Source: Corallochytrium limacisporum Hawaii
Taxonomy: Eukaryota; Protista; Pluriformea
Reading direction: 5' to 3'
Length of the DNA: 56,257 nt
NCBI GenBank assembly: GCA_002811645.1
Contig: PDIP01000055.1
Location: forward strand, 1-56,257
In this document: piece by piece, positions 33,551-45,058 of the stretch
Layout of the letters: each line of letters opens with the position of its first letter
Numbering within the stretch: the stretch's first letter is position 1
Position numbers and translations under genes: made by a program
Notes under the pieces: generated by a model
What the model was told of the DNA's origin: nothing
What the model saw: only the letters and a program-made list of their open reading frames with translations
The model's database searches: none

Positions 33551-36500
33551 CCTCTCCGTGTTTTGGTCAAGCCTTTTTGGTCAATTGCTCCGCTCGCAGT
33601 CCATTTTTCCACTTTATTTGTTACCTGCCACTGGAGATACGGCAAACGGCACACTTGTGCACGACCATGACGGTAACAAGCCAACGCACCACCTTTGAAA
33701 CCTAACCTTTCGTTGTTCCTTTCTCGTTTTGGCTTCGTTCCCGACCTTTTCTCCTTTTCGCTCCTGCCGTCTTTCTGGCTCTTTGTTCTCAGTCAGTGAA
33801 GGCGACGCACGCATGGTGCATTGCTCGGTGGTGGCTTGTGCCCACCACCGCTCCCTTGGTCAATCCACATCCCCCGGGAACATCGCTCCACCAAGACCAG
33901 CTTTTCACACCCTTTCTTCCTTATGGCTCTCTGTGCGGCATACAGAGCAGGTACCTTGCCCGGTTAGCGAAACACGGCGGCGCCTGACAACTTACGCTTC
34001 CGAGAGCAGGAGGCGCGCCCCGCTTGTTTTTGAGGTTTGGGTACGCTTCCCTTTTGCTTGGAAGGAAAATTTTTTTGCTGCAGGTTCATTGAGCATGTGA
34101 CCCGTGCAGGTGACAGGGCCTTTCCTTGGCGGTTCACAGGCCTCTCATCCGGTCCGATAAAAAAGGACGCGCTGCTCCTTGTTCACCGCTTTGCTTTGGT
34201 TTCCGCGCTTCATCTCCCTCAGGGCAAACGTCCCCGATACAGACATGCGTTTCATTGTGGGTACATACGTGCTCTTCTTTCGCGTGAACAACGGGGACCA
34301 GGACGCGAGATGGCACTCAGGGTCCAGGGAGAAGGCGGGGACAACTCTCCCCTCTCACCCCTGCGCCATCTCTCTCTCTCTCGCTGTCTCTCTACTCTCA
34401 CTCTCCCAGTGTCTCGCCCAAAGTGAAAATAGGGAAGGGGGGGGGGAGAGATTTGCTGGCGGCGAGGACAAAAAGAGGGCGGGAAACCCGAAGAATATTA
34501 ACCAACAAAAAAAGAGGAAACAGAGAAGCCGATGTGAGGCAAGAATAAAAACTTGCTCGGAGGGAGCCCCACAACCACCCCCGGCCCGGGGGGGGGGAGG
34601 GGAATGAAATTATGAAAAAAAGGGAGAAGGAGTTTTGATCCATACTTTCAGATTTTGGCTTGCTCTGGTGTGTGCTGTGAAACATACGCACACATAACAC
34701 GCGCGCGCGCACGGAAGGACATCCTTCCTGGACGATGTACATGTACTTTTTGGCTGTGGCTATTTTTTTTCCTTCCTCTCCCTCTCTTCTTTGGTTTCTG
34801 TGAAGTGTTTTGGACACCTGCCCCCCCCTCTCCACCCTTCTTGTCTCGTTTGTGCCCTGTCCGTCGGGCGAGAAGCAGGAGGCAAGGAGGCAAAACTAAG
34901 AAACATTAAGCCCCCCATCTCCGTCTCTGTGCGTTTGACTGTGTGTGTATGTGTGTGTGTGGAGCCCCCAGGGACCCCAGGGGAAGGGGGGGGGGGGAGT
35001 GTACCACGGTACCGCGGACCTGAGCGGGGGTCTGTTTCCCCTTTTCCACAGGGTAAAGTGCGCCCTCCCGGAACGCACGACCGCCGGCTCTTTTCCTGTT
35101 TCCGCGCCACTCCCTCCCGTCCCAATGGCCCATTACACTCCGCGCTCTGTGGCTCCGCGCCCCACTCTCGCTCTCGCTCCTCCCTCTCTATCCCTCCTCT
35201 CTTCCCCCCCCCCTCCGGGGGGTGGGGAGCGGGAGGGGAAGAGAGAGTTAGGGGCTTCCCGTCCATGGTTGCTGGCTGCCTCCACAGTCACCGCGTGTAC
35301 TTAGTTTCTTACTTTTTCCCCGTGGCCCTCCGCTTGTCAGACCTTTCGCTCGCATTCGGACGCCCCAGAGTGGTGATTGGATGTGGTCGGAGCGTACCAG
35401 TGGCCTTCCTATTTTTCATTTACTGTTTTGATTTTCGTCAGCGTTCTCCCATGGTCATCACCGGATCGGACGCACGTTCAGACGTAAGGGGCATATCAGC
35501 CAAGCGATTCAGTATATAAATTGGTTTTGGAACCATTCCATAGATTTCGAAGAGGAAACCAGGGGTATATATTCCGCAGAAAACGGAAAGGGTTCCTCAT
35601 GATGATCCCATCTCAATAGAAAAACGCACACCCAAGGCCCACGCGTAATAAGCCGATGAGAACACACAGGTGGAAGCAGAACTTGTGAGTGTTGGTAGTG
35701 GTACAGTTTCACAGGCTTCCCGGTTAACCCCTTTGAGGTAGTAACCGTACTACCGCAAAAAATGCCGTAAGAGACGTATAAACGGACAAAAGCGAGTCAG
35801 TCCCCCCCCTCCCCGGCGTTCTCAGTGTGTCCTCCGTGCGTGCGTCAGGTGAAGTGGTGAGCGTCAGTGCCCTGGGCTGTGTATGGCTGGGGTCCGAGAT
35901 GGGGTGGCTGGGGTTCGGGGACGACGAGACAAGCGGGAGAGAGGCCGAGGCGTGGGCCTGGTGGGGCTCTAAGGGCGCTGGATAGCCAGGTAAGGGAAGA
36001 AAATGTATGGGGGCGGCATTCCGGGCCAACCCGGTACATTTTGCCTTGGATTCGTGCCCTGCAGTACATTCACTACTGGAGACGGGTGTCACACGGAGAA
36101 GGCTTAAGAGAGGGGGAAAACGTGGCCCCGGGGAGGCAGGTGTTGAGGGGGGCGGTGGTGGACTTTCAATGGAACGGGCGATTCAGAGCGCGCGATCTCA
36201 CCCGCTTGGGGAGAGAGGGTGGGACCCTGGATGATGGGAGAGGACCAAACCGATTGGGAACGATGAGAGTGCGGTTGGCGGGGTGCCCGGCTCCGGGTAT
36301 TGTTCTTTTGAGTACGTTTTCCTCAGATCCCCGGCGTTGCAAAGTGTTTTCATCATGACGCTTCGGCCCCCAGGGAATGGAAGATATATTCTATTAGGAA
36401 TCAGGCTGGCTTGTTATGAATCTTCCCCTAGCGTTCAGTCCAGGTTGTGTAGGCCGGCAGTGATTTCAATGAAAATAGCCAAATGAAGGGAGCTTGTACA

Positions 36501-37197
36501 ATAACTGCTCTGGTAACGTGACATCTTGTGCCATCGGCTGCTGCCTCGACATCAACTAATACCACCTATGACTCTGTATATGGAATAACGCGGACAAAGG
36601 CCCTACGGGCTTAAAATGTTTGATGGGTGTACGGTTTTGCCGGCTTGATTCTCACAATTTGACGCATTGGCGGTCGGACGGACACTGGGTGTGGGCACGG
36701 AGCTTGGCCATCCCAGGTTGCATGTTTGATGACCGTTGTTACGTAAAACAACGCCATTGATCCCTCCATAGGACATGTGGAGATTTGAGATGAGGATCAT
36801 GTTTTCGCATTTGGTCTCTTGGACACTGTCCAATTCTTGCTTCAGCAATGTCAACAATGTCCGATGTGGAAAGATACTCGCTCGAAATTTACTTTCCATG
36901 GCCATGGCAGAAACGGACTTAGTGGCTTCCGACTCCGTACATCTGACATGTGACCAATCCGACTTTCTCTACCGCATTAGGACCTGCAAGCGGAAAGCGC
37001 GGGACTTTTACACAATTCTGGCCAGTAAAGCGCACGAACAGCAAAAGAGGTCACTAGATTATGCAGGAACGATATGGAAATGTATTGCGATGTCAGATGA
37101 TACAACCATTCAGAAGATGGTGATGGAGGGTGACCATGGCCACGCAGGCGTTTCGTCGTACTCATCATCCTTCGAAGAGCGTGCTTCTTTCAATCAC

Positions 37198-39108
37198 CTA
37201 TTCGGTCTTGGCCTTCTTCGCTTCGTAGGCCTTGAGCTCCTCCTGATAGCGCACCTTCGCCTGTTCAGCTTTGTCTTCATATTTCTTCTTGGTAGCAGCA
37301 TCAGCAGCATTCCAACGCTTGCCCAGCTCAACCATGATTTCCTTGTTTTCAATGTCGGGCTTGTCCTTCTTCACTTGCTCGCGCTCGTCTTGGCCAAAAA
37401 GAATGTAGGCACTCGCAGGTTTCTTGGGAGCGTTGGGGTCTTTGGGCTCGCGCTTCCGCTTTGCTCCGCCCTCAGATTTCTCTTTCTTAGGCTTCTTCGA
37501 TGCTTCAGCCGCCTTGGCCTTCTTCTTCTTGGAAGTTGGATCGCCGAGGTCATCAGCCATAGAGTCAGAATCGGAGGAATAGTCATCGGAGTCGCTCTCA
37601 TCCGAGTCCTCTTCTTCAGAGCTCTCGTCAGAACCGCCGCCGGCAGCAAAGTCCTCGTCTTCTTCCTCGTCGTCGTCTTCGGCATCAAGCTGGGCCATAT
37701 AGGCGTCGTGCTCTTGGTCCTTCATCGTCGGCACAGCCTTCTGAGCCTCAACAATCTTAACTTGCAGGTTCTTGTTCGTTAAGAACGTCTGCAGGGCGTC
37801 CAATTCCTCATGCGGAATGGACGTGAAGCTGTGCACCTGGCCACTGGCCACATTGACGTCCAGATCAAAGTAGCGGCTGCGTCCAGCACCTGTGGAGTCC
37901 ACACGGTTGAAAGTCACCATACTGATCTCGTCGTAGCGCATAACGATGGCGGGCTTAACAAAGATGAGGTAGCGTTCCAGGGGGAAGAGCAGACCTTCAT
38001 TGGCCTTCATGCTGCAACGTACCGCCCGACTTTCTCCATCAGCCGCCCTGAAGTCCTTAGGGATGGTAATTTTCTTCCTTGTCAAGGCCTTCATAATGTT
38101 AGCAAAGAGTTGGTACGTTTGTCCCGACATGGAAGTCTCCAGACTCTGGCCATTCTCTTCCAGGCGCTTCTTGGCGTCCTCGCTCAGTGTCAATTGCAAT
38201 TCACTCTGTTCATCTTGATCGAATTGAAGGATGACGTAGGGGTAGCGAGTCTGACCCTGTCGTACTGGAGGATCAACGTGCAGCATGTAAAACATGTGGA
38301 CCATGTCCGGATTGGGCAAGACAAACATACGCTGCAGGTTCTCGAAAACGATCTTGTAGTCGTAGGATTTGGACTTGACGGACGCGAACGTGGGATGGAC
38401 ACCAATCTCAAAGCGACCACGGGGAACAATGCTCTGGACATTGTCAAATGTAGTAACAAGCTCTCCCACAACTTCTTGAATATTGGCACGTTCCTGCAGG
38501 ACTGCGTCGAGATCTTCCGCAGTCATACCTCGCTCATCTTCATCGCCTATGTCCTCACCTTTCTGCGGGAGATGAAAGTAGATTTCTGTAAGCGCCAAAT
38601 GCCGTCCGTCGTCCGGATGAAATTCAATCATGACTTCTTCGGCGTTCTTTGCGTGCGAATTGGCGATCTCTCCCATCGGAAGGGCCATGGACGGATGTCC
38701 GTCAATATTGAATACAACGTTGCGGTCCCGGGTTTCAATCTTGCCCCAGTTGTGTCCCTTTACAGCATGCTGCTCTTTCCGCAGGTCTTGCTGGTAGTTA
38801 TCGCGGAAAAACTTCGATAATGTAGAATAGTCATCTTTTGCGAACCCCTGGAAACGTAAGTTTGAGTTGTCTTTGTTGATCAGGCGGAGTTCCATGCCTT
38901 TAATGCCCAGACCGTAAATGGCCTTCTTTAGGTCCTGCGCATGTAGTGTGTGAACGGTTCCTGCCTCTTTTTCTTTAAAAGCCAGACCACTTGCATTCAT
39001 TTTCAGAACGCCGAGGTTCAACCCTGAATGTTTGCTGATGAACATTGACTTAAAAGTCAAAGTGTCCGCAGCCGGTGCTGGCTTGACATCTGTATTTTCT
39101 CCAACCAT
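37198..39108 (-). CDS. SSRP1: FACT complex subunit SSRP1 with C-terminal HMG box
   Basis: KGHNWG, PRGRFEI, SYDYKI, DPPVRQGQTRYP, KANEGLLFPLE, acidic tract, HMG box KDPNAPKKPASAY...ELGKRW. Confidence 0.97.
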   Translation of the reverse strand: MVGENTDVKPAPAADTLTFKSMFISKHSGLNLGVLKMNASGLAFKEKEAGTVHTLHAQDLKKAIYGLGIKGMELRLINKDNSNLRFQGFAKDDYSTLSKFFRDNYQQDLRKEQHAVKGHNWGKIETRDRNVVFNIDGHPSMALPMGEIANSHAKNAEEVMIEFHPDDGRHLALTEIYFHLPQKGEDIGDEDERGMTAEDLDAVLQERANIQEVVGELVTTFDNVQSIVPRGRFEIGVHPTFASVKSKSYDYKIVFENLQRMFVLPNPDMVHMFYMLHVDPPVRQGQTRYPYVILQFDQDEQSELQLTLSEDAKKRLEENGQSLETSMSGQTYQLFANIMKALTRKKITIPKDFRAADGESRAVRCSMKANEGLLFPLERYLIFVKPAIVMRYDEISMVTFNRVDSTGAGRSRYFDLDVNVASGQVHSFTSIPHEELDALQTFLTNKNLQVKIVEAQKAVPTMKDQEHDAYMAQLDAEDDDEEEDEDFAAGGGSDESSEEEDSDESDSDDYSSDSDSMADDLGDPTSKKKKAKAAEASKKPKKEKSEGGAKRKREPKDPNAPKKPASAYILFGQDEREQVKKDKPDIENKEIMVELGKRWNAADAATKKKYEDKAEQAKVRYQEELKAYEAKKAKTE

Positions 39109-40197
39109 TGCGTCTTGCTTTAGGTCTACGTATAGGGTTCTTGTTCTTTTTTACTGTACGCGCAAGAACATTAGTGATTCAGAAAAAGGATGTCACTTAT
39201 ACCCGTTTATCTAAGGAGCAAATATTGCAAAAACCTCAAGCTATGCTGGAATGCCCATGTAGTCGTGTGCCTTTGGTATCCCACTGAAGGTTTGTTATAC
39301 CATTATTGCGAAGAGATTAAAACACAGTGGTGTCTCAGGAACACCGCAGACTCGTCAATATTGAAACCAACCTTGATGCAATATGCTTCGTATTCTGCTG
39401 CGAAAGGAAGACAGGCAACATACTAAAATGCCTCCGCTGGCCGCCAGCCCACGTACGTCGGCCTCCACATTCTTCGACAGCCACCGGTGCACACCCCACG
39501 CAGCCCCCAGGGAGGCTCAACCAAGCAGATGTAGGCACATTCAGTACGGAACTCATAGACAAAGTATGGCGATCCGTGTTTGGTACTCTCAGTTTTGGGC
39601 GCGAAAAGCCCGGACATTGAAACTCCTACACACAAACGCCAAAACACGGTTCAGCAATTTTAAGCCGAGCGCAGGAGAAAGAAGGGGGCAGGGGGTTCAG
39701 TGAGGTCGGTGTGGGTGCCTGAGACCGCGGCCGAAGACCGATGGTGAAAGGATAAAGAAGGGGGGAGGGCTGAGTTTGAGACCGGAGCGCCTGTGTCTGG
39801 GAAGTGGGGGATGGGAGTATAAAGAACGGTGTCCAGTACATTTACTACCGAAAAGAGTGGCGGGAGAAATAGACACCGCAAGCTCAGGTCATGGAGTACA
39901 AAGGGAAAACACTGCCGTGTGCAGTCAGTCAGTACGGGCGGCAAGAACTGGACCCCAGGTGAGGTTGTGTACACAACTTCTATGCCAAAGGGCATCGAGC
40001 TAAACGTATTTGGTGGAATTAAGTACCCTATCATCATAGGAAGGCTACATGTACACACACTCGGTACTGGCGTGAAGTCGGGATCCATAAAGTGTTCTGG
40101 GCTTGGGAAAAGGAGACCCGATGCCTGGGATCCGGTAGCGGAATAGAGGGAACCCTCCGACGAGGGACTTCGAAAACTCACAAACAAACATAACGCG

Positions 40198-43100
40198 ATG
40201 CATATTTTCAAACCTGACTGGGTTTCCCATGAGGGACAGCCCATCTATTCAGTGGACATTCATCCAGACGGGAAGCGCTTTGCAACGGCAGGTCATGACC
40301 AAAAAGTTCGCATCTGGTCTTTGAAGCCCCTCCGGAATGAAGACGCAGAACAGAACAGCGATGTTCCAAAACTATTGAGTACTCTAGACCGTCACGAGAA
40401 GCCGGTGAATGCTGTACGTTTCAGTCCAGCTCCGGGACAATACTTGGCATCAGGAGGTGATGACCGGCATGTCTTCATTTGGACTCGTAGTGGCGACGGC
40501 GGGACTTCAATCTTCGGTGAAGCGACACGTAATGTGGAGACTTGGTCAGTGGTACGCTCTCTTCACCAGCATGAAGCAGACGTGTCTGATTTGGCTTGGG
40601 ATAAGGACGGGAAGCGTATTGCTGTCGCCTGCTTAGACAACCAGGTATACATTTGGGCCGTGGGTGAGTGGAATTTGGTAACAAAGTTGGCCCATGATTC
40701 CATGGTGAAAGGAGTGACCTGGGATCCCATTGGCAAGTATTTTGCTTCGGAGGCTGAGGACAAGACAGTGATTGTCTGGCGGTGCATTGATTGGAAGAAG
40801 GAGTCCTCAATTACTGGACCTTTCGAGAAAAGCGGGGGTACGTCTTTCTTCAGGCGATTGGACTGGTGTCCAGATGGCACCATGATCTGTGCGACGAATG
40901 CCTACAATCACGAAGCACCCGTGGCAGCCATCATAGCACGTGACACATGGGAAAATGCGCGTGATTTTGTCGGTCATAGTGCGCCAGTGACGGTGTCCCG
41001 TTGGAATCGCACTCTGTTTGCGATTTTCAATGAAGACACCGAACAAATGGACCACTTCACGTGCTGTGCCATCGGCTCACAGGATGAAAGTATTTCTGTG
41101 TGGGTAAGTTCCTCTACGCGACCTCTCGTTGTCGTGCGCAACGTGTTTGAACCCGGCAACACAGTCCTTGACCTGTCCTGGGCACCGAACGGTTTGGAGC
41201 TGCTCGGTTGCGGCCAGGACGGTAGCCTGGTGTATATCTGTTTTGAAAAGAAGGAGCTATCAGAACCGCTGCGACGTAACGACCGCGAGCGCATCTTCAA
41301 AACAATGTACGGCAACTACGTAGACCCCGTTGCCCAGTCGTCGCTTCTGACCGAAAATCCTTTGCTCGCGGCTGCCACCGAGGACAGCAAGGATGGTACG
41401 GCCAAGAGCGCAGCTGTAGCCAATGGTAAACCCGAGAGCAAGAAGGAACCAAAGAATCTCTTGGCGGCGGCGGAGGTGAAACCTGGAGAAGGTGGCGACC
41501 TCATGGCCCGCAAACTGCAGGTCAGTAGCAAACAGACGGAGACCAAGCTTAAGGACGGGCGGAAGCGTATTACCCCTATCTTCTTGGGTAATAACGCCGT
41601 GGTTGCTGCTGCTGCTGCCTCTGGCAAAGAAGATGACAAGGCCAATCAGAGCACAACCGACGCCCTGCTTGGGGACGATGAATTGGTGGGACTCAAGACC
41701 ATGGAAGGTGAATATAACATGGATTTTGTTCGCAAAATCAGTGCTGAGAAGCGGCGCCAGGATACGGCAGCCATCGCTCCTACGCCTCAGCGCAAGAAGA
41801 AGAAAGTCCGTCCACCTCCGCGTCGAACCTGGAAACGGCGTCCGAGCCCTGAACCCGACGTGGATGAGGGCATGCTGGCTGAGGGTGAGGACGATGCCGA
41901 GGGCGAGAGAGACTTCGAAGACGAGGACTTGAGCCCGTCGAAGAAGAAGCGGCGCCGGGGCAGCAAGCGCGTTAGCGAAGCTGGCATACGTGGAGCTCTT
42001 TCATTGGGCGCCTCGTACGGTCTCCCGGCTGAAACGCTATACGTCAAGGTTCTGCCCCAGAAGGGCCTTTTGATACCCACTCCGACGGCAGAATCGACAT
42101 GGAAAAAGGTATTCCAGGAGGAGGATGTGGAGAGCGGCCTGCTGCTCCGACCAGCCAACAACATGGATCCCGCGATGGCTCTCGAGGGCACTGCAACTAA
42201 CGCAGACACGGGCGAGGTCAGTACCTTTGCGGTGCAGCGAGGGGACAAAACGCTGTGGACTGCGTACTCATCATCTGCGTTCACTTTGGCTGCTGGCAAC
42301 AGCGAGTACATTGCACTTGCCACAGCAGAGGGCAACCTCAAGATATACCGGGCCCTGAGCGGCATGCTGGACATGAACATGTGTATGGGTACCATTGCCA
42401 AAATGTGTTCCACTAAGGCCATGTACCCAACTGGGGCCTTTCTGCCCAGAGATCCTATGTCTGCCTCCGCTCCGGTTGACTTTTTGATGATTGTGTCGAC
42501 GGACGGCTTGCTCCGGGTCTGGGACATGACGCAACGCAAGATGGTGTTGCCACAGCCCATTAACATTCTAGGGTGCGTCCGCAATGGTGTTCTTGAAGAC
42601 ATCTTTGTTTCGGAGCAGGGTCAGCCCTGCCTGATCATCAAGACCCAGAACGCACCCCGCGTGTTGGTTTGGTCCGCGGACCTCCACTGCTGGCACGAAT
42701 TGCCCAACCTGGAGGATGAAGTGTTGCGGCTCTCGTCGTTCCGCTCGTCGCTAGTCAACCCGCGCGCAGTCTCAGGCCCTCTGTCGGCTTTGGCCATGCG
42801 GGCGAAGAATATCATGTCTTCCGCGAACGCGCAGCCCCCTGCTGCCCTCTTGGATGCAGGCTCCGATTTGCAGCACGCTGCCACGGTGGAGCATCTGGAA
42901 GGCAATCTGGCGGCCGCCCAGCGTATGCAGAGTGCGGCAGAGTACAAGACTGCACTAATGGAATACGTACGTTATCTGACCAGTCGCAGTGTGCGGGAAG
43001 AAGGTCGCCTGAGGTCCCTCTGTGCTGAGCTCCGCGGACCGCCTTCTGGAACGGATATTGCCGTTGGATCTGGCCTCGATGGCGCCTGGGACCCGTACAT

Positions 43101-43692
43101 GCTTGGGACCCTGCTCAAGCGTGACCTACTGCGCGATGTGCTCAACATTTTGAGCCAGAATCGTGACCATCAGCGACTGTACACAGAAGAGACGCAGTTG
43201 TTGGAGGATGTCGAAATGGGTAACGAAAACGACGAGGCTCAGAGCCGCCGTGCAGCCGCCGCAGCCGGTCTCGCTGGTGGATCCGTTGGTCTAAGTCAGC
43301 CGCACGACTCTTTGGTGGTCGATGACGACGACGAAGAGGAGGACGAGGAAGAGGATGACGACGACGACGAAGAGGAAGAACAGGCACCGGGCCCCAAGGG
43401 CAGAGGCCGTACTCAGAAACGCAAGAACGCCCGCGGTGCGCCGGGCGGGAAGCGTGGCCGCCGTCGGGTCGACGAGGACGCAATGGACGAGGACGAAGAA
43501 GAGGAAGAGGAAGATGAGCAGCAAGTCGCCAAGGGGAAGCGCGGACGCGGCGGACGAGGTGGACGTTCCGGAGGTACTGGTCGTGGTCGTCCTGCAGCAG
43601 AAGAGGAAGAAGAGGAGGAGGAAGAAGACCTGGATGAGGTCGAAGAAGATGACCAAGAGGTAGAAGAAGAAGAAGAAGACGAAGAGGAGGAG

Positions 43693-43724
<32 letters not shown>

Positions 43725-44346
43725 CGAGGAAGAGGAAGACGAGGACCCTGAAGCCGAAATCGACCTTGAAGACGAAGAGGAAGATCGCCCGGCTACCCGT
43801 CGCTCACGTCCCGGTTCCACACCGGCCAAGAAGGCAGACGGTCGCAAGGGCGGTCGTGGTTCCGCTAAGGCTAAGCCTGGCCGCCGTGGCCGCCGCGGTC
43901 CAGCCAAGGCCGACGAGGAAGAGGAGGGCGATGAAGTGCAAGCCGAAGACGAGATGGAAGAGGAAGAGCACGAAGAGGAACTTGAAGAAGGAGAGGATGA
44001 AGGCGAAGAAGTTGAAGAAGAGGAGGAAGAGGTAGAAGGGGAAGAAGAAGAAGAAGAGGAAGAAGAAGAAGAGGAAGAAGAAGAAGAGGAGGAGGAGGAG
44101 GAGGAGGAGGAGGAAGAGGAAGAAGAAGAACATGACGAGGAGGAGGAAGCCGATGACGGGGAGCCCGAACCTGAACCAGAGGTCCATGTTCCCGCCACCC
44201 GTCGTGGTCGTCGTGTGGCGCCAACACCCGTGAAGTCTTCTGCTGGAAACAAAAAGAAACGAAAGGCCGCGGATGAACCTGCTGCTTCCAAGAGCAAAGC
44301 GTCCAAGACCTCGTCGCGTGGCCGAGGCAAGGGACGCCGGCGCTGA
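40198..44346 (+). CDS. HIRA: Histone H3.3 chaperone HIRA/Hir1 with long acidic/Arg-Gly C-terminal extension
   Basis: MHIFKPDWVSH start, WD40 repeats, VKGVTWDPIGKYFAS, FFRRLDWCPDG, ASF1-binding B-domain KDGRKRITP, C-terminal HIRA domain (HLE...EYK...YL...RLRSLC). Confidence 0.95.
44041..44130 (+). repeat. Coding (GAA/GAG)30 poly-Glu tract within HIRA
   Basis: 30 consecutive Glu codons; further acidic runs at about 43320-44040. Confidence 0.9.
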
Positions 44347-44575
44347 TGTAGCCGACCTTTCCTGGTTTGTGAGCATTCTATCTCGAACCCTGACACACAA
44401 CTCTTCATCTTTGACATCACCAGCATCCGTATCGCGATGGTCATGCCCACTGTTCGCACAGATCTTAACACTGGCTCCACAAATAAATTCACAACCTTGC
44501 AGCAAAACTATACCTGTATCAACCAAATTTTGCTTGTGTCCTATCCTGGCTTACTGTTTCTGGGAGCCCTTGGAT

Positions 44576-45058
44576 TCACAGTTTGCTAATGTTGGCCTGG
44601 ATGGCCTTGATGTGACGCTTGTTCATGCCGTGGTCAAGGAAAGGAGCCCAGAAGAGCAGAATGTTCAACAGAGGTGCGAGGGGCACGGCCAAAGGCACAA
44701 TACCAGTGGATCCAGACTTGGCCACAACCAGAACGCCATTCTGGCCTTCATTTGGTTCAACATGGATTTGGCACACATCAAGCCAGCGGGCTTTTGAAGA
44801 GATACAATGCACCTCGACATCTCCGCTGGCCGTGTCAACTTTACCCAAGCGAATCATAAACCCGTGGCCAGTGGGCTTGCCTTCCATGCCCTTAACCTTG
44901 TCAGCAATGAACTGGGTTGCACTCGCACGGTCCTGGAAGGATGACGGAAGTTCCAGAGAGTCAGAATACTGGTTTACCTTCGCGGCAAAGGGACTCCACC
45001 AAGCAGGTTTGAGGGCGGCAGCCAGAGGCACCTGTGCGTCAACAATGAAGTCTACCAT
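44576..45058 (-). CDS. DUF1499-like protein with PTS1 (-SKL)
   Basis: VHCISSKARWLDV...AKSGSTG...DHGMNKRHI resembles the DUF1499 core; ends ISKL. An upstream in-frame ATG exists at 45115. Confidence 0.7.
   Translation of the reverse strand: MVDFIVDAQVPLAAALKPAWWSPFAAKVNQYSDSLELPSSFQDRASATQFIADKVKGMEGKPTGHGFMIRLGKVDTASGDVEVHCISSKARWLDVCQIHVEPNEGQNGVLVVAKSGSTGIVPLAVPLAPLLNILLFWAPFLDHGMNKRHIKAIQANISKL

Noticed and set aside
32700-36400. Many 100-240 aa ORFs in the long spacer
   Set aside because: Products of GC-rich simple repeats and homopolymers; no domain-like content or coding bias.
36775-38820. Plus-strand ORFs of 335 and 336 aa that look hydrophobic
   Set aside because: Antisense shadows of SSRP1; the hydrophobicity comes from reverse-complemented Lys/Glu codons.
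43413-44526. Poly-Ser, poly-Phe/Leu and poly-Pro minus-strand ORFs
   Set aside because: Reverse complement of HIRA's GAA/GAG tracts.
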